Assembly (NCBI GenBank): GCA_977030845.1
Contig: OZ365115.1
Coordinates: 31,124,001-31,188,000, forward strand
Origin: Fimbriosthenelais zetlandica
Taxonomy: Eukaryota
DNA length: 64,000 nt
Reading direction: 5' to 3'
Shown here: in pieces, positions 24,601 to 36,190 of the stretch
Layout: each line of letters begins with the position of its first letter
How positions within the stretch are numbered: position 1 is the stretch's first letter
Notes under the pieces: generated by a model
What the model was told of the DNA's origin: nothing
The model's database searches: none
What the model saw: the letters and a program-made list of their open reading frames with translations, nothing else
Translations under genes and position numbers: made by a program

Positions 24601-27600
24601 GGTAAATGAGGGATGGGTTGGAATATAGGAAGAAAAATGCCACTGTTGATACATTTTTCACAGATAAGAGGCAAGAATCATTCCCAGAGGGCGAGGATAG
24701 GTCATACATAAATATCTGGTTACAGAGAAGCTTGTGTTATAACGCATGAGGAATGGACATCTTTGGCAGGAAGGCTACCTCAGAGATCCTCAGGAACTAA
24801 AAGCCTGGGCCGAGTGGCCAGCCCGAGGGCCGGAGATGCCTTGAAGTTGTATCGGTTCTGGGTGCGTTGGTTCTTTCAGACCATTGGCTTCACAGGTTCA
24901 TTTAAGGACACCTAAGTGAATACTTAGGCCTACATGACCAGCATTCTTACTCAGATCTGACAGAATGTATAAATGTTCAGTTGGGTGATTGCTATTTTAC
25001 GATTGCTGTCGAAGCAACAGTCGGGACATTCAACGAGTGTGCTCAATTCAATAAGAGATACCGAATTTTCAATTTCATTCCAGCATCCTGGGTTAGAGAA
25101 GGCTATAGGATCTGTCACCTATCATTTTATACCTGACCTATCTGTCAATATGGCCGCTATGTGTCATCTGCAATGACGTCATCAATCACAGACCCGTCCT
25201 CTCACGTGACCTGTGTTTTGGGGTGTTGATATTGATGGAACTTAATCAAGCGACAGATGTGGAAACGGGCAGGGGAACGCTGAGAGATTTGAGTTCAGAA
25301 TATTTTATATCCACTAGGAAAAAGTACAATTTAAAAAATCCTTTTACACGTGCCAAAGTCAACATAATTTATGCATGGTTGGTGTCTGGGAACTGGGGAG
25401 GCCTGGGAATAATGGTTTGGGTCTGAGATTGAAAGTATAGGGGCTGCCTCTGATGCTAGAAGCATATAATCTGACGAAAAAACTGAACACTTCTTATAGA
25501 CCCGTATAATAGTGGCCAATGCATCATCCCATGATGGATCATGGTGGTAAATGCAGCCCAAAACTAAGTATATAAGCGTCAAATTCAGACAACCAGTTGG
25601 GATGGCCACTTCAAATTATTGCTGAATTTGGAGATAAATTTAAGCCTCAATAACGATATGAATAATCATTAAAATCCCAATTACATCACAAATAGGGGAT
25701 TATATCTTGTGGCCAGATTATGATTGCTGTATGTTAATGCTCGGTCTCCAGGGGCTGGTTGCATACTCAGACTGAGCCTGATGGGTACATGGCCGGCCAC
25801 AGATTGCCTCTAACAGTGTCTATATCAGCAGCAAGGCAAGTATTGACTACACCAGCGTGGAACCACCCGCCATCCCTACCCTCACACCATCAGCCTACCA
25901 ATTACTACAAGACCATACCAGCCTGCGCCACTATCAATCTATAATATTATAAGAGGGTCTAGCCGAAGAATGAGTGAGGAGAATGTTGCAATAGAACCAC
26001 ATTCCCAAAGGATATGCTTGGTAATCTCTTCCGGATCATGGCCCAGTTTTTGGACAAGTTTTCCTATCTAGGAAATCTCAAGAACAGACTCTTCAATTGT
26101 CTTATATTATTTTTGTTCAAATATTTTCATGGCTCATGAATATGGTTTTGAGAATCCATCTTTTTATTAAAACAATGCTCAAAATATTGGAGACAAGAGT
26201 GGTCAGTCTTCAAGTAGCACTGGGTCATGTACCGAACCTGTCAATCTTTGATGTCTGCCTTGTTAAGCATGAGCAAAGACAGCCTGATGGTGTTTATTGA
26301 CTAGGCAGTACCTTTGAAATGCTTAGACACAAGCTTCCATAAAGGGTTATGTTACTAGAAAACATTTTTGGGAGGTCAAGGGAGATCCCTGCCTAATCAC
26401 AGAATCGTGTGATTGTATTTTGCTCGCTTGAGATCTAAGCTCTATCTTTTCCTGCTCAAGTTGAGGAGGTCTTTCTCCCTTTTATGGGCCCGTTGCCTCT
26501 CCAGACAAGTTTATGTCCATTCTAAACCAACGACCGGGCCAACAGACCAACCAGCAGCCTTCTTTACTGCAATAGCAAGCCACGGACCAGACAGTAAACT
26601 CTGGCACCAGACAGTCCTCTGGGTCCCAAGCAGGCACACTTGGAGCCATACCCTGTGCCACCTTCAGTTCAGGGTAGGTCAATATGGGCAAGCTTTGACG
26701 GGGCACTGTGAGCATAGGTTGGCATGGAGTATACATAATGTGTTTCAGTAGTGGGACTTCCACCAAACACACCCTCTGATGGAGAAGATATGAAACTCTG
26801 GCAGCTGGTGGTGGGAGAGTTTGTTCTCACTTTCAATGGGAGGGAAATATCAACAGAAATAGGAGAAAGGTGATGATTAATTTCAGCTTTAACCCACCAA
26901 TAGGCCAGGATTTAATTGATTTTCTAGCTAATGCCTTTCACAGCTGCAGCTCGGAATAGGCCCACATGGAAGGCAGCCTTTAACAATAGCAGTTTTATTA
27001 TTAATGGAATGTTCCTGTAGAAAGAAAAATGCATTACTAGTTGAATAAGACCTTATTCTGGCCTACATAAATATTAATTGAAAAATTCTTAATCAAACTC
27101 TCTGGAAGCTGAAACTGAAATCGGGTCATGCATGAAAATCATCAAGGTATAGAGTAATAGCGATAATACATGTATATGTAGAAAGAATGGCTTTATCTAA
27201 AACTGGTAAAGAATTAAACCGCCACGTCCTCTGGTGTTAACCAATGATAATGTTAACCTCCACTCCCGTATACTCCATGCAGGTTTAGGTCTAGCACTGT
27301 ACATATCTGGGCCACGATATATAATGACACAGAGTATATATAGCATGTCTTCAGCCATTTACACACTTAGACTAATGGTAATGTCCATATTAGTTATACT
27401 CGGCTTACATACAAAAGGCATATAATACAAAGCTGGGTAAAGATTTTGGTTTAGGAGAGAGCTTAGAAACTGGATTATGCTGGGCTTAATATTATGATGA
27501 AAAGAGTGTTTTCAATTAATTTATCTTTTAGTTAGTTGAAATAATTGAGGGAAAATGTTTAGAGGTTATTATTGTTATTTACTTTACATTTATATTCAGT

Positions 27601-27826
27601 TCTGGCTGAATTGCTCTATTTAAAAGTTAAGTTGCAAACATAAATAGGGTAATTAACTATGGAATTGGCTAGGCCAACGGAAAAATAAACTTTAAGAGAA
27701 TTATATTATCAAAATTATGCAAATATATACAGTGGAAGCATTAGCTGGCTTTGTTAATTCTGGATGATAATCAACCCGCGAGGATGTGAGGATTTAATGT
27801 CATCAGATAGAGCACCATCACCATTG

Positions 27827-27840
27827 GTAACCATGGTAAC
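27827..27840. promoter_or_regulatory. RFX X-box-like site GTAACCATGGTAAC overlapping the intronic end of the 60-nt exon donor
   Basis: Matches GTNRCC-AT-RGYAAC. Confidence 0.45.
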
Positions 27841-27844
27841 TCAC

Positions 27845-27904
27845 CGTGAACTACGTCGTCAGATAGCGGCGCTGTTTCTTCTGTGGTGGCCACCGTTTGT
27901 GACA
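27845..27904 (-). CDS. 60-nt symmetric internal exon (x-SQTVATTEETAPLSDDVVH)
   Basis: Acceptor gatcctctttttAG, donor CACG|GTGAGT, phase 1 to 1, open frame, GC-richer than its flanks. Confidence 0.8.
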
Positions 27905-28530
27905 CTAAAAAGAGGATCAAGATCTAGGATCTTAGTCACATATTACTATTAGTCATATTATTTTATTTAATGCACTATTAAATCCCTTATATTTTAATGC
28001 TAAAGATTTACTTCATTTTTTTAATTGCATGTTGTTTCCATTTAATTTCTCTGATCAATTTCCACTTAAATTTCAACGCTCTTAAATTAGATAAGAGAAA
28101 TGGACCATTTCTCAACAATGCACTGATATTATCTTGCTTCAGCCTAATTCTTACCTTTCCACAAAAGCCTGAACCTTGGGGTGCCATAGTAAAAACCTAC
28201 CCACCCACCCTCCAAAGCATTTTTCACCTCTCCCTCCCCACCCCAATCTTCCACTGCCTCCACAGAAAGCCTAAATCTATATAATCTCAGGGTTCCCATA
28301 GCAGCAGTGAACTGATAACAACTTTCCATTAGTGCGATAAGAACACCAGCTTAACAGTGATGTTGAGTAAGATTCCCTCAGCGCATTTTGGAAGAAGCTA
28401 ATTTCCCCAAGGCAATCCACTCTATAACCCAACCCATTTCAATAAACCTTCACAGAGTATGGCTACACAATGGGTATATATTTATATTGGGTCTAAAGCT
28501 CTTCTTTGAGAGGCAAAGGGAGTGAGAGAG

Positions 28531-28533
<3 letters not shown>

Positions 28534-28582
<49 letters not shown>

Positions 28583-28602
28583 GGAGAGAGAGAGAGAGAG
28601 AG
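28534..28602 (+). repeat. (GA)n microsatellite with one interruption
   Basis: Directly visible; it is the source of the spurious RERERE ORF. Confidence 0.97.
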
Positions 28603-31530
28603 CTGGGGGTGGGAGGTAGACAGCAACACAGTGAGTCAGCACTTGACCACCTCTTCCCTCAATTGCCCACACTATTTTCTGTCTCTCCTTCCCTTATCTG
28701 TCCCTATCTTTTCCCTGTCATCTGTGCATCTTCCGCTTGGCCTTCTTGTTCACCCACTCCTTCCCTTACAAGGCAATGAATTGAAATGAACTGCATCTCG
28801 AAAGAATGCCAATACCTATACAACAGGAGAATTCTAAGCCTGCACATTCCATATGTTCACCCCTGGAGTTACAAAGGCGCAATAATGGGAAGGGCTGAGG
28901 CAATGCATGTCAATGTATCTTAACAAAATATTTTCCTATATAACATTTCAAGGGCAGGAGGATGTCAGTATCCTGGAGTGCAAGTCACAACATATAGCAC
29001 TACTGGGTCATGTTTACACCTAAAAAGGTATGGAGAATGAAAATGTTATACGAGAGGCCATCGACTTAAGGCCAAACCACTAATCTGTAGATTAAATTCG
29101 GGAAGTGAGAGTTATATACATGTATAATGGTTCTGTAGAGGCAAATGCCTCGTACACAGGGAAATTGGATCCTGATTTTCAGGGGGAGCAGAGGGCCTTT
29201 TCAATCACTGGGTTCAAGCCCTCACAATGTATCAATGGAAAGGTCTCTCTGAATTAGTCATGGATTAGTCTAGCGACAATGACCAATGACTCAGGGTCTA
29301 AAAATAGCACCAGCTCAGACTCCAAGAGCTTTTCTTTAGCTCCTGCTCCCCAATTGGAGTAGGTGTTAGCAATTTAAACAGACCGAGGAAGAAAGTTGAT
29401 GCAGCTTTCTTCCAGAGATTCTATGATGATTTGAAGACATCCCTACAGCTGCACAGTGGATCTTGACCTTTAGAGAGTAGCTCGGAAGCGGCACCTTTGA
29501 TCTCTCCTCATAAAACGCGGTGATAAGAGAGAGGGATGTGGAGCTAGGGTGGGCCATATCTCCTCAGGCTCAAGGTAAAGGGGTGTGAAGGCTCGCCACT
29601 TTTTCCTGAGCTACACATCTGAGGCCTCGCTACTCCATTCACACGTTCAGGCCAAGGAAACTGATACTTCTTTTAATGCCCATGCATGTCTCCGACACCG
29701 GCTATGGTATAGGACTTGGGTAAAAGGGCAACACGCAGGAACAGAGAAAGATTTGTAAATACTTCTTCCCAGATTAAGCTGTACAAATCGCTTTTTCGTA
29801 TTGCATTAATTGCTGCAGTCGGGACTGAAGTAAACCAGTGGTCTGGAAAACTTCCCAAAGACAGAGATGTCCATCAAACGAGTCGATTTATTTACAGAAG
29901 AACCGATTCATTTATTGACTACATGCGGGAGAAGACTCCAATCGCACGAGTGCAATTCTTGCTATGCTCCACAGATCTAAAAGTCTTCACTTCGACTCTG
30001 AAAGATCTAAAGGCCTTAAGACTCCGAAGAACGATCCGCATGCAGTGATTCCACTAGAAAATAGCACAAATTTCTTTCATGGGATTTCTGCCAACCTATG
30101 TATCCGAGGTCAATATTAGAAACAAGCTACTACATTTGGCCTAGTATTGTCCCATGGAATTACCAAATGCCCTCAGCAGGTACATGGTGACACCACACAA
30201 AGCTTTGATGACGTGTTTTAGATGTTCTTTACCCAAGTTGGCAAATCACAGAACTTCAAAGCTACACAATCGCTGTGACCTATCCCAGTACATTATCCTT
30301 AGAGTACCACCTGATAAATAGGAACAGGGACCCATTTCATAATAATAAAATTGTCCCACAACAGTCAATGGTAAGCCTATGGGCTAATGCAATACATTTT
30401 TGTTATGAAACAGCCCCCAGGACAAGGACCCAGGGGGCCCATTGAGGATATAGACAACGACTAAAGTGTAGGGGGTCACATATTTCAAACTGCATCTAAA
30501 AGGAGGGATTGTCATGGCATCGAGACATGGAATGTTCCATGAGAGAGAACTGTGAATGTATAATACAAACATTATTCAATGGGAATGTAAATAAACTGGC
30601 ATAATTGACATTATGTGGACATAAGCATATATTTTGTGTGCTATTGGGAAACAATTAGGCTTAATTATGACTTTTATAAATGAGTCATTCACCTAAAATA
30701 CCCAAGTAATGAGGGCATGTTTATCAAAAAACAGAACCTAAACAAAGATCGTGAATGGAATAAAACAACTTTAAACAATGAATGTGCTTTCTGGAAATGT
30801 CCCCTCATAAACCAAAACAATTAAACATCCATATTATCCCCCATCCCATGCACCTTTTCACAATAAACTGGTAACATTTTTAACAACTATCCAAGGTCCT
30901 GCAACTTTTTATGCTTCACTTCAATGCTTTTCTATGCATTAGCACATCGTTTTCCAGCCTTATCAGAAGTAATATAACCACCTATGAGTTCTAGATTGGG
31001 AGTTTTAAGCGGATAATAAACACGCAGAACTCTTATTGTAGGCACATTAGGGCTGGCTAGAGACACATCTCTGGAATGGTCTGGATGGTACTAAACACCA
31101 ATATCCTGTTATAGCGAGCAGGATGCGCGCACAAGCCTGTACCTCCATTGATGGTTTGCCAAGCGAAAACAATTAACAAAATAACCAACACCCAAAAACA
31201 GCATTGAAGTGTATTAATAATGACTCTAATCAAGATATAACTTTCAGTGAAAAAAGGTACCTAACAAAAGTGGATTGTAAATCAGTCCAACAGAGTGGGA
31301 CATAATAAACAAAAGATATATACATTTGGATTACCATAATCCATATATATATCTAATGTTATTTCATATGGGTCTGTATAATATCTTCAGGAATCCATTT
31401 TATGTCATTATGCAGCTCAATAAATCAAGGTAGTCTACATAATATGAGATTTGGTTGTACTGCAAATAATCTGAAAATAAATGGTAAATTAATATGATCA
31501 AAGAGAGACCAATATGATATGAATCCTCAC

Positions 31531-34099
31531 TTGTTTCCTCTGGTACATGCTGCCCTTCCTCCTCTTCCACATTAGGGCTGGGATGCTCAATAAAGGTATC
31601 CACCTCTTCATCACTCTCCTTCTCTTCCTGCTCCTCTTCCTCTACCACAGCCTCCTGCTGTTTCTCCTCCACTTGCTCCTCTTCTTTGGTAGGCTCCGCG
31701 AAATCCACAAGTGTTTGCTCCTGCGAACTCTGGTCTGCTAAGGGTGTGGGTTCGATTCCGTCCATGGTAGAACCCTGGGGCTCAGCTGGTTCTTCCTGCT
31801 GTTCTTCTTCCTCCTGGGACACATCAATAAGCCCTGGAGATGATTCATTTTGCACTGGCTGGACCTCTTCTGCTTTAACCCTTTCATCACCATCCTCTTT
31901 CTCATCCACTTCCTCTGTGGCATTCTCCTCTAGAGCACCCAGATTCACTAGGTCATTAGTTTCTTGCATAGAAAGGTTAGTGACAGCTTCTTTCTCCTCC
32001 TCTGGTTCCGCTGGGGGTTCGACCTTGTTATGTAATCCGTCATCTTGCTCCTCCATCTCTTGGCTTTCTTCCTCTGGTTGTCCACTTATCACTTGTTGGT
32101 CTTCTTCGTCCTCTTCTGGTTTCTCAGCCATCTCAATCAAATATGGGCCAGGACCAGTACAAGGCTCTTTGGGCAATTGCCCTTGTTCTTCCTCCACCAT
32201 CTCCTCTTCTCCTTCATTCAATCCCTTCTCATCAGACACATCCTTATCAGCAGCATCTATGTCCTTTTCAAGGCTAATCAGTTCAGCAGTATTGTTTTCA
32301 AGTGTTGAAGAAGAATCTATGGCAATGGAAGGAGGCAGAGCTGCATCCACCTCACCACTGGCTGCCCCGGCGTCATCTACATTCTGCTGGTGAGCTATCA
32401 TATCTCCATCACTTGGACCCACACCACCATGATCAGCTGTATCTATGTCTTTCTCCTCTTCAGCCTCCTCAGTCTTACCTGTCGTGGCAGACATATCCAT
32501 GCTGGAGGTATCCGCAGAGAAGGCCTCACTCGCATTCGTGCAGCAATTGTCGGTCTCTTGCGGAGCAGCGGCTGATGCAGTTTCGCCGGTCTCCGACGAA
32601 TCTTGTCCGTGGCATGCCGTATCCACTACTTCCACATCACTTAACTTCTCCGCGTCCCTCTTTTCTTCCTCACTGTTCGATCTCTCCATCCTTGTACTGA
32701 GATAATCCACAAAGTTATCAGATAATCCCTGGTTCAATCCAGTGCTGTTATCCGCGGGGTTATTGGGACTGGCAGGGCTGGGTGAAGGGGACCTTCTACC
32801 TACGAGCTCTAAGGTCTCTGTACTACTGGAGGACCTCTTGGCAATGAATGAATCCTCCTGCAGCTCTTCCTCCACCTGCTCCTCTTCCTTCTGCTCTTCC
32901 TCAGTGACTGATGAGTGTAGTGGGGGAGAGAGTGGGTTGTGGCAGTGAGTTGTGGTGATGTCTGGACCTGGGGAAGGACTGTGAGGGGAGGATATATGGG
33001 AAGTGTTGCTAGTAAAACCCGGTGCAGTGTCACACTCCACTAACACACTCTCCTGCTCTGCTGTGGTGGTGGTCGTGGCCACAGTTAAGGATGTGAGCTG
33101 GTGGTGAGGGAGGGAAAAGCTGCTGCTATACAAGCCCTCCTTCTCCACTACCTCCTCCTGCTGCTGAGGCTGCTGCAACTGCTTCCCCTGGTCCTCCATC
33201 TGCCCCTCCTCCTCCTCCTCCCCCTCCTCCCCATCTAGTACCACACATGCATTGCTGCTCTGGCCCTCTTTCTCCACAATTGCAATACTAGAGCAATGCC
33301 CTACAAACTCATTCTCTCGAGCACCACCATTGCAGTCAATGGAAGTGGTGGTGCCAGCCAAAGTGGTGCTGGTGGTGGGAGTCTGGTCAGGGCTTGTTTT
33401 CCAACCAGACTGCTGGCCATCCTCGGCTGAATTGATGTCCTCAGTGCGTCCATTCAGACCAATGCTATTCAATTCAGATTGAGTATCCCCAGACTCTCTA
33501 CATCCCAGATCCTCATCCCTTACCGTGACAGGCACGCCTTCCCCTCTCACACCACCATCCCTGTCCATTTCCTCAGTATCTATTCCATTCTCCCCATCCC
33601 TATCTTTTGAGTTATGTGATATATGTTTCTCTGTCCCTGTATCCTTGTCCTCATCGGGGTCGATGTCATCACTACAAAGTGAATCGCGGATATTTTCACA
33701 ATTTCTCAAATCCTCCTCCCCCTCAGAAACCTCCATGTCCTCCTCCTCTTCATCCCCTGTTTGAAATTTCCTCCCGTTTTTTCTTTCATTCTCGATGTTT
33801 TCTTCACCGGTCACTCTTTCTTCACAAACTCTTGAAGCGGAGGAGCCAGGATCACCTTGGCTCATGTGATTGTTCCTACAACTATTGTCCTCATCCAGTG
33901 AATCCCTCTCAGGATCAGAAAGCACCTCCTCTTCTCCTACCCCTTCTTCCCCGTTGGCATCTCTGAGCATGATAAATCCATTGTATTTGTTATCCAGATC
34001 ATTGTGAGCTCCGTTTCTTCTCAGATCCACCCACTCTTCCTCCTCTCCCCCTGAGGAGCTATAACGTCCATTGTTGGCACAGTAACCATTTGAAGCCAT
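31531..34099 (-). CDS. Giant exon encoding ~856 aa of acidic (E/D-rich) low-complexity, probably disordered sequence; alternative first exon, or internal cassette if the AG acceptor giving an exon start at 34113 is used
   Basis: 899-aa ORF in the track with ATG in ATAATGG context. Coding-like composition ends at the phase-1 donor CAA|GTGAGG (31531/31530). A weaker phase-1 acceptor tgtAG would give a symmetric 2583-nt exon. Confidence 0.85.
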
Positions 34100-35411
34100 T
34101 ATTCCATGTGTATCTACAATGCACCTTAATATATAGGTCCTTTAGGTAGAAATAGCCTTTGTGAAGCGCTGATGACTTTGTCGGCTTGTCGCAATGATTC
34201 ACACAGGTGTAAACTAGTGCAGTGAGTTGGGAGTCTGGTCGTGGGACAGTCAGGGGTGGAATGACTCGCCACGCTAGATGACGATTGGGTTTTGTCTGGC
34301 AGGGAGCAAACACTAATCAACCAACCAGGTCCCATGCTTTAATTCACCCCCTTTAGCCCCCACCCCTTCACACCCACCCCCCATTACCCCCACTCTTTCC
34401 TCAATGAACGCACCACCCCACCCACTGGGTCTCCACTCCCCTCCCACCTGTCCACCACACACCTAATACTCACAATGGGATTTCATTCTAAAATCCATGC
34501 AAGCTCCGAGCCAAACCATTTGGCAGTTAAATATCTAAACGTGTCAGTTTAACCTGAGGCAAGCCCCCCTGCCACATGTTCATATAGGTAGAGTATAATA
34601 TAAATCCCAGTCAAATTAAATCAGATTTAATGAGATTGAAGCATGCATTCGTTCCACCGACCTACTAATCCACCTAGCCACCCAGTCATGGCCTTCTATA
34701 ATCTAACCGACATCACAGCCAGACTGAAGAAAAACCCGGGATAATGAAGAATCCCACCAGGTCACATATTTGCTAAGCCACATCACCGCCCCTCCCAACC
34801 CTCCACGCCTTCCATTATTCAATTGACTGGATAGAACTTGAGATTAACAAGGACAAAAGTGCAATGAGATCATAGCACCGACCCCCCCTCCCCCGTCAAC
34901 CCAACCCCTTATAATCTATTATTTGTAATGAAAGGGTCACAATGTAAGCCTATGATTATACCCCAACCCCCGTCTGAGCCAGATACATCTTAGGGCATGG
35001 GGGTAGGCAAAGGGGCTGGGGATAAGAAAACCTAAGAAGATTCTGCGAAGGTTTACTTTAGATACACCCCAACCCACGCCATTGGGAAAGAACCCAAATT
35101 AAAATTGAACTCATGACCTTAATGATTTAATAATAATTAGTGCTTAAAGCTTAAGCATCACAAATCCCTAAATACCAGACCCCCCTCCCCCCCCCCCTTC
35201 AACCCACAACTTCTACATCTGCTAGTTTTCAGGCCAGACATTAACGCTGCACCCTACCACAAAGTATTCAGCGCTGACTCATTGCTCAAACCCGTCACTT
35301 GTATGAGCTCATCAGCCTCTGCCTTCAGCCTCAGCTTGTTATTGTCATCATTTCAAGGCCACGTGCACGCTGAAAGGTGCCGGCATATAGCCTCCAGCAC
35401 TGAGGCTGCAT

Positions 35412-35470
35412 GAGAGATGGGGAAGAGAGATGGGGAAGAGAGATGGGGAAGAGATGGGGAAGAGGGGGAA
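35412..35470 (+). repeat. 13-bp tandem repeat GAGAGATGGGGAA, three full copies plus two shortened copies
   Basis: Directly visible. Confidence 0.9.
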
Positions 35471-36107
35471 GTACCATTACGTAGAGGCGATATGTAATTA
35501 TTCGTAATTGCCTGGTATCAAGTTCATAAAAAATACCCTACCGACCCTAGTCACGCCAAAATAAGAGACCCATCAGTAGACTCCCATCCACCCAAAAACG
35601 TACATTTTCCAAACATGGTTGAATGGAAAGAAGGCCAGGAGCCTACCCTATAGTTAGGGCCTATAGAAATGCTGATCGATTTCTACCCCTGAAGGGCAGA
35701 GGGTCAGGTCATTCATGGGTTAGGATTCAAGGAAGCAATGCTTCCTCTTCCAATGGAGGACCAATGCAGGAAGCAATGATGCAGATTTTTTTTCTTCCAG
35801 CCATTTTTACCAAGATGCATTGAAGGCTAGGGCATAGATTATAGTACCTACGACACTGTCTGCATGGTCAACAGGCAGTGGGCTATGATACAGTAATAAT
35901 TCATGAGCACTAGAGCTTAGCACCACTGACCATCTGCGTTCACCTCTATAATATAACGGTCAGTCTAGAGATACACTTTAATCTTGTCCTCAGTTTATCT
36001 ACTGTTATACAGGATATACAATATACCTCATTTTTCTCAGTTTTTGTTCAGAAATAACTATATATAACAAGGCCTCATAATAAATGTTGTAAAAAGGTCG
36101 GACTTAC

Positions 36108-36190
36108 CACACCTAGGTTATCAAATTATCCATTACGGACTCGCAGAATAACTTACCTGCAAAAGAAAATGGGAAGATCATCATTAGTAA
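36108..36190 (-). other. Recursive splice site (ratchet point) at 36157/36156 with a 49-nt cryptic RS-exon (36156-36108)
   Basis: Minus strand reads TACTAAT (36189-36183) gatgatcttcccattttcttttg CAG|GTAAGT, with a second donor GTG|GTAAGT 49 nt downstream. Confidence 0.7.

Noticed and set aside
26360-26481. Minus-frame peptide ERPPQLEQEKIELRSQASKIQSHD echoing exon 6859-6742
   Set aside because: Preceded directly by a stop and lacks a pyrimidine tract or good donor; likely coincidence.
28522-28779. 85-aa RERERE ORF
   Set aside because: Translation of the (GA)n microsatellite.
29716-30048. 110-aa plus-strand ORF in a GC-richer patch, possibly a decayed transposon
   Set aside because: No recognisable domain in the frames I translated. 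It may be an old repeat but cannot be supported without a Dfam search.
31255-31275. Second AG|GT junction (cttttgttAG|GTACCT) as a recursive site
   Set aside because: The regenerated donor is poor and no clear downstream RS-exon donor was seen.
31745-31762. GGTTCGATTCC tRNA/SINE B-box-like sequence
   Set aside because: It lies inside the coding exon with no A-box or cloverleaf.
31547-33966. Many plus-strand and alternate-frame ORFs (S/L/P-rich, up to 235 aa)
   Set aside because: Shadow frames of the GAR-rich acidic exon.
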